The notes under the pieces were generated by a model, which was given only the letters and a program-made list of their open reading frames with translations, was not told the DNA's origin and did not search any database. DNA of 64,000 bases from PVC group bacterium (GTDB lineage Bacteria > Omnitrophota > Gorgyraeia > B26-G9), in NCBI GenBank assembly GCA_024231215.1, contig JAAEQR010000099.1, positions 50,401 to 114,400 of the forward strand, read 5' to 3'. Shown here piece after piece: positions 1-9,339 of this stretch (positions are counted from its first letter, which is position 1; every line of letters starts with the position of its first letter). The position numbers were made by a program, and so were the translations under genes.

Positions 1-1379
1 ATCTTTTTTAATGTGCTGGAGTAAGGATATTTATTAAACTGCGAAAGATTCGGTGCGGGGAAATCAGTCCCCCAAATACCGTTTTCTTTATCTACCGGCC
101 CAGCCAATGTAGAATGAACAACACCTATATTATCTCTGTCAACATTATGTTGATTTAAAAGCTCTACGACTTTTTTCCCAACAATCTGCATCATCTCATT
201 AGGATCTGCCTTTTTTAAATGTTCCTTTGTCCCATATGCTTCTAGCCAATCAAACTTCAGTTCAGCTTGTATGCGATTAAATCCATCGTTTATAGAAATA
301 GCCAACTTCGTTCCCCCGATGGAAATTCCTTCATATCTATACGCTGCTTTAATCGTATTCATGCCGATATCACCAACTCTATGTGATTGCGCATCAATCG
401 TTTTAAATCCCAAAATATCTTTAACAAATGTGATCATCCCGGCTGTAGTCTGAGGATTAACTCCTTTTACTTTTAATCCTTCTATATCAACTTTTATTTC
501 TCCTTTTGCATCCACTAAATTTTCTGCAGCTTCAGGAACAGATTCTAATAATAATGCCCCTTCTTCAATATTCCCGTTATCATTATCCGGGGAGTGAGTC
601 CCCGTAGCCGTGAGTGCTATTTGCCCCCTATCTTTAGATATCTTGTCTTTTAATTTTACGCGACCAATTAATATTTTCTCTTCTGGGGAATCTCGATATG
701 CTTTTTTTTCATCAATCGACAGGCCTGCAGTGCCATTACCTGTAAAAGTCCCTTTTCCTATTTTATAAACCTTTATATGTTGCTCTCCGGGGAGTGCTTC
801 AAATGCTACAACCTGTTTATCCCATCTATATGAATCCGGATCAGTTCCCCATTTACAGCCCACAAGATCTCTTGCTTGATACCAAGCTGGCGCCCCTTGC
901 GTGCCTTTTTTTTCCAGGACTAAAGTCATCGATCCATACTGTAAATAATTTTTTAAAGACTGGCAGTATGGCCGGCCCTTGTGTTCCTTATCATATACCT
1001 TACTAAGTAACTGTTGGTCAAAATTACTTTCCGCCATAAATAAAATCTTGAAATCTTTTTGAATATATTGCATTGCCCTTTCAAGATCCTCTACCCCGTC
1101 GCATTTCAAAACAAAAACCACATGTTTATCATTATCAAATTCCCCCAAGTTATATTTCTCGAAAAAACTGTTTATCCGGCCAATATCCTCATTGTTTGCC
1201 TGAAAAACATTCTGCACTATGGATGCGGGAAGGTTCAAAGATGGAGAAAGAGTATCTGTGTTACTCTCTGGGGACTGTATTTGCCCTGCCGCAAATCCAG
1301 CATTTGTCAGCAAAAACAACTGTATTAGTAAATAAGCACTAACTTTGAAAATCCTATTTTGTTTATTTAATACTCGCAC
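1..1379 (-). CDS. Hypothetical secreted protein, partial; C-terminal part runs off the window start
   Basis: Open minus-strand frame from GTG at 1379-1377 to position 1. AGGAGG RBS 8 nt upstream. Signal-peptide-like N-terminus (KVSAYLLIQLFLLTNAGFAAGQ). Not in the ORF track because no stop lies in the window. Family not recognised. Confidence 0.45.
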   Translation of the reverse strand, partial: MRVLNKQNRIFKVSAYLLIQLFLLTNAGFAAGQIQSPESNTDTLSPSLNLPASIVQNVFQANNEDIGRINSFFEKYNLGEFDNDKHVVFVLKCDGVEDLERAMQYIQKDFKILFMAESNFDQQLLSKVYDKEHKGRPYCQSLKNYLQYGSMTLVLEKKGTQGAPAWYQARDLVGCKWGTDPDSYRWDKQVVAFEALPGEQHIKVYKIGKGTFTGNGTAGLSIDEKKAYRDSPEEKILIGRVKLKDKISKDRGQIALTATGTHSPDNDNGNIEEGALLLESVPEAAENLVDAKGEIKVDIEGLKVKGVNPQTTAGMITFVKDILGFKTIDAQSHRVGDIGMNTIKAAYRYEGISIGGTKLAISINDGFNRIQAELKFDWLEAYGTKEHLKKADPNEMMQIVGKKVVELLNQHNVDRDNIGVVHSTLAGPVDKENGIWGTDFPAPNLSQFNKYPYSSTLKK

Positions 1380-1583
1380 AATTCATTCCCTCCTATAATA
1401 TATCTTTAAAAAGTATTTTATCTGTAAAAAAAACAATCGAAGAAGTATATCATAGAATTAAATACCTCGCAACTAAATATGGTGTTTTTTTTAAATATGT
1501 GAAAATCCCCCATAAATAGTCGCCAGTTTTTAACATCGCCTCACAACTTATTTATTTACAACAAGTTAACTGTTTATTTTTAT

Positions 1584-1612
1584 TTGCAAAAAAATTCAAC
1601 CCGTGATATACT
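1584..1612 (+). promoter_or_regulatory. sigma70-like promoter upstream of the hydrolase gene (TTGCAA-17-TATACT)
   Basis: -35 TTGCAA at 1584-1589, 17-nt spacer, -10 TATACT at 1607-1612. GAAGGAGG RBS at about 1646, then GTG start at 1665. Confidence 0.4.
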
Positions 1613-1664
1613 TTATCGTATTTTTTAAAAACACTTTAATATCATTTCATGAAGGAGGCTTCAA

Positions 1665-4325
1665 GTGACTCAGCTTACAAAAAATTGTATCTTAGGAATA
1701 GCTTTATTCTCTATGCTTTTATTGCCGGTGATCGGACTTAAGGCTCAAGAAGCTTCGTTCGAATTACATGCTCCAGGCACACAGTTTCCGGTTGATTATA
1801 CTGCGTTTGGTGAATTTTATGATGTAAATACCGAAAACTTTTTTTACAACACCCTTGATCCTGTTGGATTAAAAGCTGCGGTAGGCGAAGGAATATATCC
1901 TAATACTACAAGCATCTACGCCGATCCTGGGTATCAACAGTATTTAAGTGAAGGAAAATTAGGTGGAAGTCATTGGGATTTTATTAATACTGATGACCCA
2001 CAAGCTGATTTTTATAAATGGGCTACGGCACCCGAAGAACCTGGAGTAAAACTGTTCTTCACAGCTCAAGCATTAATAAATGCCGGACATATTGAACACG
2101 CGATAAAAGCTTTTCACGCAATTATTATTCATTACCAAAAATCTCCGTGTTATGATCCCTGGGGTGATTTTTATTGGTATGTTGGCCCATCCTCAGTCAG
2201 CATGATTGATACTCTTTGCCGCGATTATCCGGAATTAGAAGTAAAATTAACCACTGCAAAAGTACGGATTCAAAACGGAAGCGATCTTGATCTTAGCAAC
2301 GACATTGCAGTTACTGATCCGGGCAGCTTTATCAGTTATACACACGCCGATAGATTAGCCGCTGTGAGCGATCCATCAACATTAACCATCGCCGAACAAA
2401 GAGGCACTGGAAAAGTACAAGTAGTAAAATATTCAAGTGGACATTGGCAGCTTATCGTCGACGGAAAACCGTTTATTATTAAAGGTATGACTTATGGGCC
2501 AACACAAGTCGGCATGGGTTCTCAAGAACAAGGGGAATGGATATCTTTAGATTCGAATAATAACGACAAGATAGATGCTCCTTATGACTCATGGGTAGAT
2601 CGAAATAATAATAATATTCAGGATTTTAATGAACCTACTGTCGGAGATTTTCAACTTTTAAAAGAATTAGGCTGCAATTCCATTCGATTGTTTCATTCTG
2701 CCGGAGACGATAATATCACATACGATCCTGGTGAGCTGGATAAAACAATCCTTAGAGATCTATATAATACTTATGGCATACGAGTAATCTTGGGGGATTT
2801 TCTTGGAGCGTATACAATTGGTTCCGGTGCAGACTGGTCAGTTGGAACAGACTATACAGACCCTCAGCAAAGAGAAAACATGAAAAACGTAGTTAGAGAT
2901 TTAGTGCTGGACCATAAAGATGAACCATATGTACTGCTCTGGCTGCTTGGAAATGAAAATAATATGGAATCTGAATACGGCGGAGTAAATGCTACCCGTA
3001 CCAATGCTGCAGTTTATCCTCAGGAATACGCGGAATTTTTAAATGAAGTAGCTGCGATGATTCATGCTATTGATCCGGACCATCCGGTTGCTCTGGGTAA
3101 TTTAGGCACTGGCCTGCTTGAATATTATGGTGATTACGCCCAGGAAATAGATATTTTAGCAACAAATTGGTATACTGGTAAATATGGCATTGGTTTCTCT
3201 TATTTAGATGAAATAAAAGAAAAATTTGACCGGCCGGTATTTCTTCCGGAATATGGTTGTGATGCCTATCATTACGAGCAAGGCGAAAATCAGGCAGAGC
3301 AAGCCGCACATCACAAAGGCTGCTGGAGAGCAATTATGTATAACACAGCTCACAATCCGGCAATAGGTAATATGCTTGGTGCGATGGTCTTTGAATGGTT
3401 GGATGAATGGTGGAAAGATACACAGTCTGGAGACTCTGTATATAGTCACCAAACAGAGCCTCAGTTTCACTGGGGAATCCTCCCTGATGGCTGGTCGCAT
3501 GAAGAATGGTTTGGTATTTGCAGTCAAGGTAACGGCAGCAACAGTCCATTCCTTCGACAATTGAGGGAAGCTTATTATGTATATAAATCTTTGTGGTCAC
3601 CGCCTCTGACAAAATACGGACATAATATAATTTTAAGCTGGAATAGTTATCCAGGAATTACTTATGACATATATTATAGTGATGATGGATCAACTTGGCA
3701 TTTAGCCCAATCTGAGATCCCGGCATCAGGAATAAGCACAACCACCTGGCCGGATAATGGCGAATATACAGGAACTCATCCCAAAAATGTTTCGATTAGA
3801 TATTATCGAGTTGCTGTACACGGTAAGTCCCCGGCTTTATATGTACTTCAGGAAAATACAGGCTCTGACGCTGAAGGCACTATTTCCGGAACAGTTACCT
3901 TACAGTCAAGAACCGACCACAGCGCTACGCTTACATTTGAACTTAGGGAGCCAGGAGAAACAACATCTCTCTACACTTACGAAGTTAACACTTCCACTAA
4001 CGGAAGTTTTTCTCTGGAAGATATTCCCAGCGGCACATATGATCTTACCGTGAAAAATTTTAATTCGCTGCGTGCAAAACAAACAAATATTATAATTAAT
4101 GAGGGTGAAACTACTGCAAATATAAATTTCTATCTTTTCGGAGGAGATGCAAATAATGATAATTATGTCTCCTGGTATGATTTTGGGATATTAAGAAATT
4201 CCTATCGTTCAAGCACTGGACATCCTCGCTGGGACGCCCGGGCTGATTTTAACAATGATGGATATGTATCTTGGTATGATTTTGGAATCCTGCGCAGTAA
4301 TTACAGGCGTCAGGGCGCAGAATAA
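1665..4325 (+). CDS. Secreted dockerin-bearing glycoside hydrolase with a clan GH-A-like TIM barrel
   Basis: N-terminal signal peptide. WLLGNENN motif (acid/base Glu of retaining TIM-barrel glycosidases) and a later FEWLDEWW candidate nucleophile. C-terminal beta-sandwich regions. Two tandem dockerin-like Ca-binding repeats: DANNDNYVSWYDFGIL and DFNNDGYVSWYDFGIL. Confidence 0.75.
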   Translation: MTQLTKNCILGIALFSMLLLPVIGLKAQEASFELHAPGTQFPVDYTAFGEFYDVNTENFFYNTLDPVGLKAAVGEGIYPNTTSIYADPGYQQYLSEGKLGGSHWDFINTDDPQADFYKWATAPEEPGVKLFFTAQALINAGHIEHAIKAFHAIIIHYQKSPCYDPWGDFYWYVGPSSVSMIDTLCRDYPELEVKLTTAKVRIQNGSDLDLSNDIAVTDPGSFISYTHADRLAAVSDPSTLTIAEQRGTGKVQVVKYSSGHWQLIVDGKPFIIKGMTYGPTQVGMGSQEQGEWISLDSNNNDKIDAPYDSWVDRNNNNIQDFNEPTVGDFQLLKELGCNSIRLFHSAGDDNITYDPGELDKTILRDLYNTYGIRVILGDFLGAYTIGSGADWSVGTDYTDPQQRENMKNVVRDLVLDHKDEPYVLLWLLGNENNMESEYGGVNATRTNAAVYPQEYAEFLNEVAAMIHAIDPDHPVALGNLGTGLLEYYGDYAQEIDILATNWYTGKYGIGFSYLDEIKEKFDRPVFLPEYGCDAYHYEQGENQAEQAAHHKGCWRAIMYNTAHNPAIGNMLGAMVFEWLDEWWKDTQSGDSVYSHQTEPQFHWGILPDGWSHEEWFGICSQGNGSNSPFLRQLREAYYVYKSLWSPPLTKYGHNIILSWNSYPGITYDIYYSDDGSTWHLAQSEIPASGISTTTWPDNGEYTGTHPKNVSIRYYRVAVHGKSPALYVLQENTGSDAEGTISGTVTLQSRTDHSATLTFELREPGETTSLYTYEVNTSTNGSFSLEDIPSGTYDLTVKNFNSLRAKQTNIIINEGETTANINFYLFGGDANNDNYVSWYDFGILRNSYRSSTGHPRWDARADFNNDGYVSWYDFGILRSNYRRQGAE

Positions 4326-4357
4326 TAATTTAATTTGACAAAAAAAGGAGTCGTATT

Positions 4358-4981
4358 ATGAAAAAACTAACAATTATATTATTGGTGTTCGGATTCATAG
4401 CTATACCTTCTATGCAGGCTAATGCTCAGGAAATCTTCAGCCTGGTCCCGGACAAAACTACGGTTGATGTTGGCGAAACTTTCAATGTGGATGTTATATT
4501 CAATAATCCTCAAGGAACCCCGTTTATTGAGCTGTGGTCCTGGATACAGTTTGATCCACAATATCTTACGGTTGTTGATCCCGGTGAAGATGGAAGCTGG
4601 ATAACCTCTCCGGACACAAACATCTCTGATGCCGCATCTCATTCAAACTTCTCTTTTTCCTGGCATATAGACAACAAGGTTGATAATGTTTTTGGCGATA
4701 TCGACTATGCCGAAAGCGTTAGTACCAACGATCCCATTACCAGTAGCGGCACTTTTGCCTCAATAACATTTCAGGCACTTGAAGTTACAAATAATACGTC
4801 TATAGATTTCGTCACCGATGGCACCCCTATTAGAAATAGTCTTGTGGTAGGCGCTGACGGATTTACAAATATCTTAGACGATGCATTTGCTACGAATATA
4901 ACAGTTATTCCGGAACCAACAAGTATATTATTATTTGGTTTTGGATTATTAGGAATATCTCTTCACAGGCGAAAAAAATAA
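4358..4981 (+). CDS. PEP-CTERM-anchored secreted protein with a cohesin-like beta-sandwich domain
   Basis: Signal peptide. C-terminal VIPEPTSILLFGFGLLGISLHRRKK is a classic PEP-CTERM exosortase signal (PEP motif, TM helix, basic tail). The mature region fits the cohesin pattern: V.VGETF.V.V, W.QFDP.YL.VVD and GTFASITFQAL. The cohesin assignment is only moderate. Confidence 0.7.
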   Translation: MKKLTIILLVFGFIAIPSMQANAQEIFSLVPDKTTVDVGETFNVDVIFNNPQGTPFIELWSWIQFDPQYLTVVDPGEDGSWITSPDTNISDAASHSNFSFSWHIDNKVDNVFGDIDYAESVSTNDPITSSGTFASITFQALEVTNNTSIDFVTDGTPIRNSLVVGADGFTNILDDAFATNITVIPEPTSILLFGFGLLGISLHRRKK

Positions 4982-5011
4982 TATTTAATATATAAAAAAT
5001 TCAATATACAT

Positions 5012-5042
5012 GAGACTAAAGCGGTCTGGCTTCTTTAGTCTC
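5012..5042. terminator. Perfect 10-bp-stem palindromic hairpin at a convergent gene junction; member of a repeated hairpin family
   Basis: GAGACTAAAG (5012-5021), loop cggtctggctt, CTTTAGTCTC (5033-5042). Lies between the plus-strand PEP-CTERM gene and minus-strand pilO. Related copies at 33271-33300 and 57834-57870. Confidence 0.6.
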
Positions 5043-5073
5043 GTTGCTTTAAGGACAATTAGATTATTGAGGG

Positions 5074-5637
5074 TCATTCTGAGGGGAGCGTTCCGGGGAT
5101 AATAATGCTAAGTACGCCATCGATCACTAATTTTGCCTGATTTTTATCGCTGAAATTTACCACCATTCTATCGAGTTTTATCAGTTGTTTACTGTCCCTT
5201 ATTTGAAGTTGTAATTTCAATAGTTCTTCAAAGGTCAATTCCATCTGTACATCAGCCATATACTTCGCATACATATCTCTTGTCTCAGGATTTTCGTGTA
5301 CAGCCAGCTTGGTTATCGAACCGCCGGATAAGCGAATAATATTTTCTGTCTCATGCAGCAAAATAGTTTTTATATCTTTCTCCTCCGCCTTCCCCAGTTT
5401 CAAGAAAGGCTTACATTGTTCATAGTCCGCGTATAGCTGGTCTTTGACAGCATGAATCGCCAAATATTCCTGGAGCCGCACCTCTGCGATTTTTATTTGA
5501 TCCTTCAAGATTTTTGACTGCTGACGCAGGCTTACAATAAAAACCCTTTCAAAAACAAACATTGCCAGAAGTATCGCGCAAATTCCGATAATAATTTTTT
5601 TGTTTTTTAACATCTGTATGCTTTTATTCTTAGCCAT
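5074..5637 (-). CDS. pilO: PilO-like type IV pilus alignment protein: N-terminal TM, coiled coil, periplasmic domain
   Basis: Bitopic topology and size typical of PilO. It immediately follows the pilMN fusion with a 5-nt gap. Confidence 0.55.
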   Translation of the reverse strand: MAKNKSIQMLKNKKIIIGICAILLAMFVFERVFIVSLRQQSKILKDQIKIAEVRLQEYLAIHAVKDQLYADYEQCKPFLKLGKAEEKDIKTILLHETENIIRLSGGSITKLAVHENPETRDMYAKYMADVQMELTFEELLKLQLQIRDSKQLIKLDRMVVNFSDKNQAKLVIDGVLSIIIPGTLPSE

Positions 5638-5642
5638 TATTT

Positions 5643-7052
5643 TTAAAGCTCCGCCAGAAATTTCACTTCAAAATTCACCAATTCCAGTCCTTTTATTTTT
5701 CGCTTACGAGTGTTCCGAGTCTCTACCTCTTTAAACTGTTTTGATTCTTCTAGTTTTGTAGTTAGACCAAATATGTCAGACAGCTGCTGCGCTGTACCTT
5801 TTAAAACCACGTTATTATCTGCATCAATGCTTAAGTTCGTTATCACCACCGATTCGCTCACTGCTTTTTGAAGTTGGAACAATACAAATAGGGGGATTTG
5901 GCGTTCTGCCAACAATTCCTTTGTTGTTTTTATTTTTTTTCTCTGATGCACAACTTCACCCAGTTGCTTTTCAATCACCGAAGCCTGTTCGTTTAGTCTT
6001 GCTAAATATGCCCGATTTTGTTGTTGGCGCCCTAAAAAGATAAAAAAGATAACCCCTAAAATATAAATCGATCCCAAACCAATAGTCATCAACTCTTTCA
6101 TCCTCCGACGAAGATCCTTGCGAATCTGTATCTCCGGCAAGGTAAAACTAAACTGCCTCTGTATATTATCAAAAAACAATGCCGCTACCCCGCTCACTGA
6201 AGCATCTTTGGGAATTGTTCTCTTTTTTGCCCGAAGGCATTTGTCCATTCCTGGGATTTTTACGCTTTGCACTGGGAATTCCAATTCTTGCTCAATACTT
6301 GGCGCCAATATTTCAGCAAAGGCTCCGCTTAAAAAAACCTGTGACGGCTTTGCACTCTGTTCTTCACTATTGAAAATTATTAAGGCCTGCCGAATATCAC
6401 CCATCAATCGATTTCTTCCTGTTTTTTCTTCTAATTGAATATTTTTAAAAGAAATGCTTCGCGAAAAAACTAACCGACCGCCTTTTAAAATAATAAGATC
6501 TGTAAAAAAAGTATCTACATCTAAAATTAAATAGACCTCTTCTTTGCTTATCTTCATTTTTGAGGTTTTTAATATAAGGTGATACAGCCCTTCGGAGCTA
6601 AACATTATGCTGTCTACAGGAAAGCCTGTCTTTTCGATAATCCGCATCTGCTTACGCATGATTTCTTTAGTAACAATCGCCACTAATATTCGCGAATACC
6701 CTCTTTCATCTTGTCCACATATCTGATAGCTGTAAAACATTTCTTCTTTTTTATACGGAACAATCCGGTTAATATGCAGCTCTACCATCTTGATCAATTC
6801 TTTTTTATCTTTGGACGGCAAGGACAAGTTTCTCACGGTAACAAAGTTACGAGGTAAAGACAAAGCTACTGAGGTAGGTTTATATTTGTTTTTCTTAAAA
6901 ACATCTATGATCGTATCTGTAATAGCCGCGTCATCAAGCCCGGCAATCCGTTTTACAATACAATCTGTAAATTTTGGCTGCGCGCCCATTTGATCCGCGG
7001 TTATTATTTTTAAATATTGCTCTCCGATTTCAATTCCGGCAAATAATTTCAT
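5643..7052 (-). CDS. pilMN: PilM-PilN fusion: actin-like PilM ATPase-fold domain, then a TM helix and a PilN periplasmic domain
   Basis: N-terminal LFAGIEIGEQYLKIIT matches the PilM start. A TM helix MTIGLGSIYILGVIFFIFLG follows, then a PilN-like coiled coil and C-terminal domain. Confidence 0.75.
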   Translation of the reverse strand: MKLFAGIEIGEQYLKIITADQMGAQPKFTDCIVKRIAGLDDAAITDTIIDVFKKNKYKPTSVALSLPRNFVTVRNLSLPSKDKKELIKMVELHINRIVPYKKEEMFYSYQICGQDERGYSRILVAIVTKEIMRKQMRIIEKTGFPVDSIMFSSEGLYHLILKTSKMKISKEEVYLILDVDTFFTDLIILKGGRLVFSRSISFKNIQLEEKTGRNRLMGDIRQALIIFNSEEQSAKPSQVFLSGAFAEILAPSIEQELEFPVQSVKIPGMDKCLRAKKRTIPKDASVSGVAALFFDNIQRQFSFTLPEIQIRKDLRRRMKELMTIGLGSIYILGVIFFIFLGRQQQNRAYLARLNEQASVIEKQLGEVVHQRKKIKTTKELLAERQIPLFVLFQLQKAVSESVVITNLSIDADNNVVLKGTAQQLSDIFGLTTKLEESKQFKEVETRNTRKRKIKGLELVNFEVKFLAEL

Positions 7053-7077
7053 AGCATTTAAATATCTTCGGTTGTTA

Positions 7078-8463
7078 TTATGCTGGCAAACTACCGATCA
7101 TATAAAACTTTTCTTCACTAATATGATCCACTCTGCCGCTTAAAATTTTCTGGCATCCGGATAATGTATCCTCCAAAGAAACATAATGTCCCTTTTTCCC
7201 TGTATAGCTTTCCACAACAAAAAACGGCTGGGTCAAAAAATTCTGCAGTTTCCTTGCCCGGTCAAAAATAACCTGTTCTTCATGTGTAAGCTCAGACTTC
7301 CCGATAATCGATACAATTCTCTGCAACTCGTCATAGCGCTGAAAATAACGCAATACTTCCTGGCTTATGCTATAATGTGCAGCCCCGATAATGTCCGACG
7401 AAATAAACGCGGAGCTTGATTCCAGCGGATGAATTGCCGGATACAAACCATGTTGTACGTATTCCCGGGACAATACCATAATCGAATCTAAATGGCTGAA
7501 TATGGTTACTACCGCAGGATCTGTTAAATCATCTGCCGGGACATAAACCGCTTCCACGCTGGTAATACTACCGTCTTCTGTAGAAGCAATGCGTTCATGA
7601 AATTCGCCAATTTCACTGGTTAATGTCGGCTGATATCCTGTCTCCGACGGAATCCTTCCCAGCAAGGCAGACACCTCGCTTCCTGCCTGCGCGAAACGAA
7701 ACACATTATCCACAAAAAATAATACATCCTGGCCATCTTCCCTCAACGATTCGGCAATAGTAACCGACGTTCTGGCGCTCTCAAATCTCGCTCCCGGAGA
7801 TTCATTCATTTGCCCGAAGACAAGAATAGAATTCTTTAATAGATCACGTTCTAAAAATTCATAATACAATTCATTCCCTTCCCTGATCCGTTCGCCAATC
7901 CCGCTAAATACACAAGTACCTTTTTGTTTATGAATAATATTATGGATAAGCTCTAAAATAATTATTGATTTGCCGCAAGCCGCGCCACCCAGAATGCCTG
8001 TTTTAGATCCTTTAACAAAAGGAAATAACAAATCAATAACTTTAACGCCTGTTTCTAGAATTTCATGCGTTAGCTTTTCACCTTTTTTTGTTTTTACATC
8101 TCTACGCATTTTAGACCTGTGTGTTGATAAAAATTTGTCAGCTTTCACCGGCCCTTTTTTGTCTATGGGCTTACCCATAACATTCAATAATCTACCATAT
8201 AAATATTTCGCTTCAGGAACCGTTAAACCCTTTCGAGTCCTTTCCACTGAAGTATTGCGACGCAGTCCATATGTAAAAGACAGCGCAATACATCGGCAGA
8301 TATTGTCCAGCTTATGTTCTATAACCTCTAAAACCACTTCTTCGTCACGATAATTTTTTGCCATAACGATTTCATGAATTCCCGCGATTGCTTTTTTGCT
8401 CGGGAATTGGACATCTACAACCGGTCCATATACAGCAACGATTTTACCAATATCTTCCCTCAT
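7078..8463 (-). CDS. atpD: F-type ATPase beta subunit, divergent P-loop
   Basis: Strong beta-subunit identity blocks: [30 protein letters not shown] and [13 protein letters not shown]. Walker A is GGAACGKS instead of GGAGVGKT. The DELSEED region reads SELTHEE. There is an N-terminal insertion. Confidence 0.85.
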   Translation of the reverse strand: MREDIGKIVAVYGPVVDVQFPSKKAIAGIHEIVMAKNYRDEEVVLEVIEHKLDNICRCIALSFTYGLRRNTSVERTRKGLTVPEAKYLYGRLLNVMGKPIDKKGPVKADKFLSTHRSKMRRDVKTKKGEKLTHEILETGVKVIDLLFPFVKGSKTGILGGAACGKSIIILELIHNIIHKQKGTCVFSGIGERIREGNELYYEFLERDLLKNSILVFGQMNESPGARFESARTSVTIAESLREDGQDVLFFVDNVFRFAQAGSEVSALLGRIPSETGYQPTLTSEIGEFHERIASTEDGSITSVEAVYVPADDLTDPAVVTIFSHLDSIMVLSREYVQHGLYPAIHPLESSSAFISSDIIGAAHYSISQEVLRYFQRYDELQRIVSIIGKSELTHEEQVIFDRARKLQNFLTQPFFVVESYTGKKGHYVSLEDTLSGCQKILSGRVDHISEEKFYMIGSLPA

Positions 8464-9318
8464 TTATTTCTTCACCTTAATCCGCGCAGCAAATAATTCG
8501 CGAATTCGTTTATCTGCCAACGCATGTACACTTTTAAAATATTCTCTAGCTAACTTTCTATTAATTCGAGTTAGCTCCTGATAGCTTGCTTCTAAATGCA
8601 TAAGCCTGGCAGCCAATTCTGCCAGTTTACTAGAATATAGTATCTGACCCAAGCTAGATTCTAAATACAAACCTATCAATCCTTCGATAATACTTTGATC
8701 AGACGGCTCTGTAATTATTGCTTCCTTTGTTTTCTTCCTAACTTTCCCCTCTAATTCCGACATGGGAAAAGGCAGCAGCTGCCGCGTTTTTATTTCGCGC
8801 GCAGTAACTGAAATAAATTCAGCATACACAATAATCGCTTTATTAATTTTCCCGTCTAAATAATCACGAATTAAAAACTTTTTTAGTTTTCGCGCTTCAC
8901 TCAAAAAAGTCTTTTCTTTGACCCCCGGCAAGAACCTAAAAGACTCTTTTTTACCGCGAAAATAATGAGACCCCTTATCTCCTAAAACAATATAAGAATC
9001 TTCCGGGGTTTTTTTCTGACGTAAAGCAGCACTGATCAAAAGCATATTTAAGTCCCCTAAAAACCCTTCGTCAGAGGTAATTACCACAATGGTCTGAGGA
9101 GTCTCCTGTTCCCGCAACAGCAAAGGATGTATAGTGATCTTTTCCTGGCCCAGTTTAGAAAGAACTGAATATATTTCCCGGGGAAATCTTTCTTCTCCCC
9201 ACTGCTGCCGCTGAAACTGCCGCAACTGGATAGATGTCGCAATCTTCAGAATATTAATTATCTGATCTAAGCTTTCATTAAAGCTTAAACTATATTTAAG
9301 TTGGGAAAGTGACTTCAT
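8464..9318 (-). CDS. atpG: F-type ATPase gamma subunit
   Basis: 284 aa with N- and C-terminal helices. Sits between the alpha and beta genes as in atpAGD operons. Confidence 0.7.
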   Translation of the reverse strand: MKSLSQLKYSLSFNESLDQIINILKIATSIQLRQFQRQQWGEERFPREIYSVLSKLGQEKITIHPLLLREQETPQTIVVITSDEGFLGDLNMLLISAALRQKKTPEDSYIVLGDKGSHYFRGKKESFRFLPGVKEKTFLSEARKLKKFLIRDYLDGKINKAIIVYAEFISVTAREIKTRQLLPFPMSELEGKVRKKTKEAIITEPSDQSIIEGLIGLYLESSLGQILYSSKLAELAARLMHLEASYQELTRINRKLAREYFKSVHALADKRIRELFAARIKVKK

Positions 9319-9339
9319 GTAAAATCAATCCCTGTTTCT

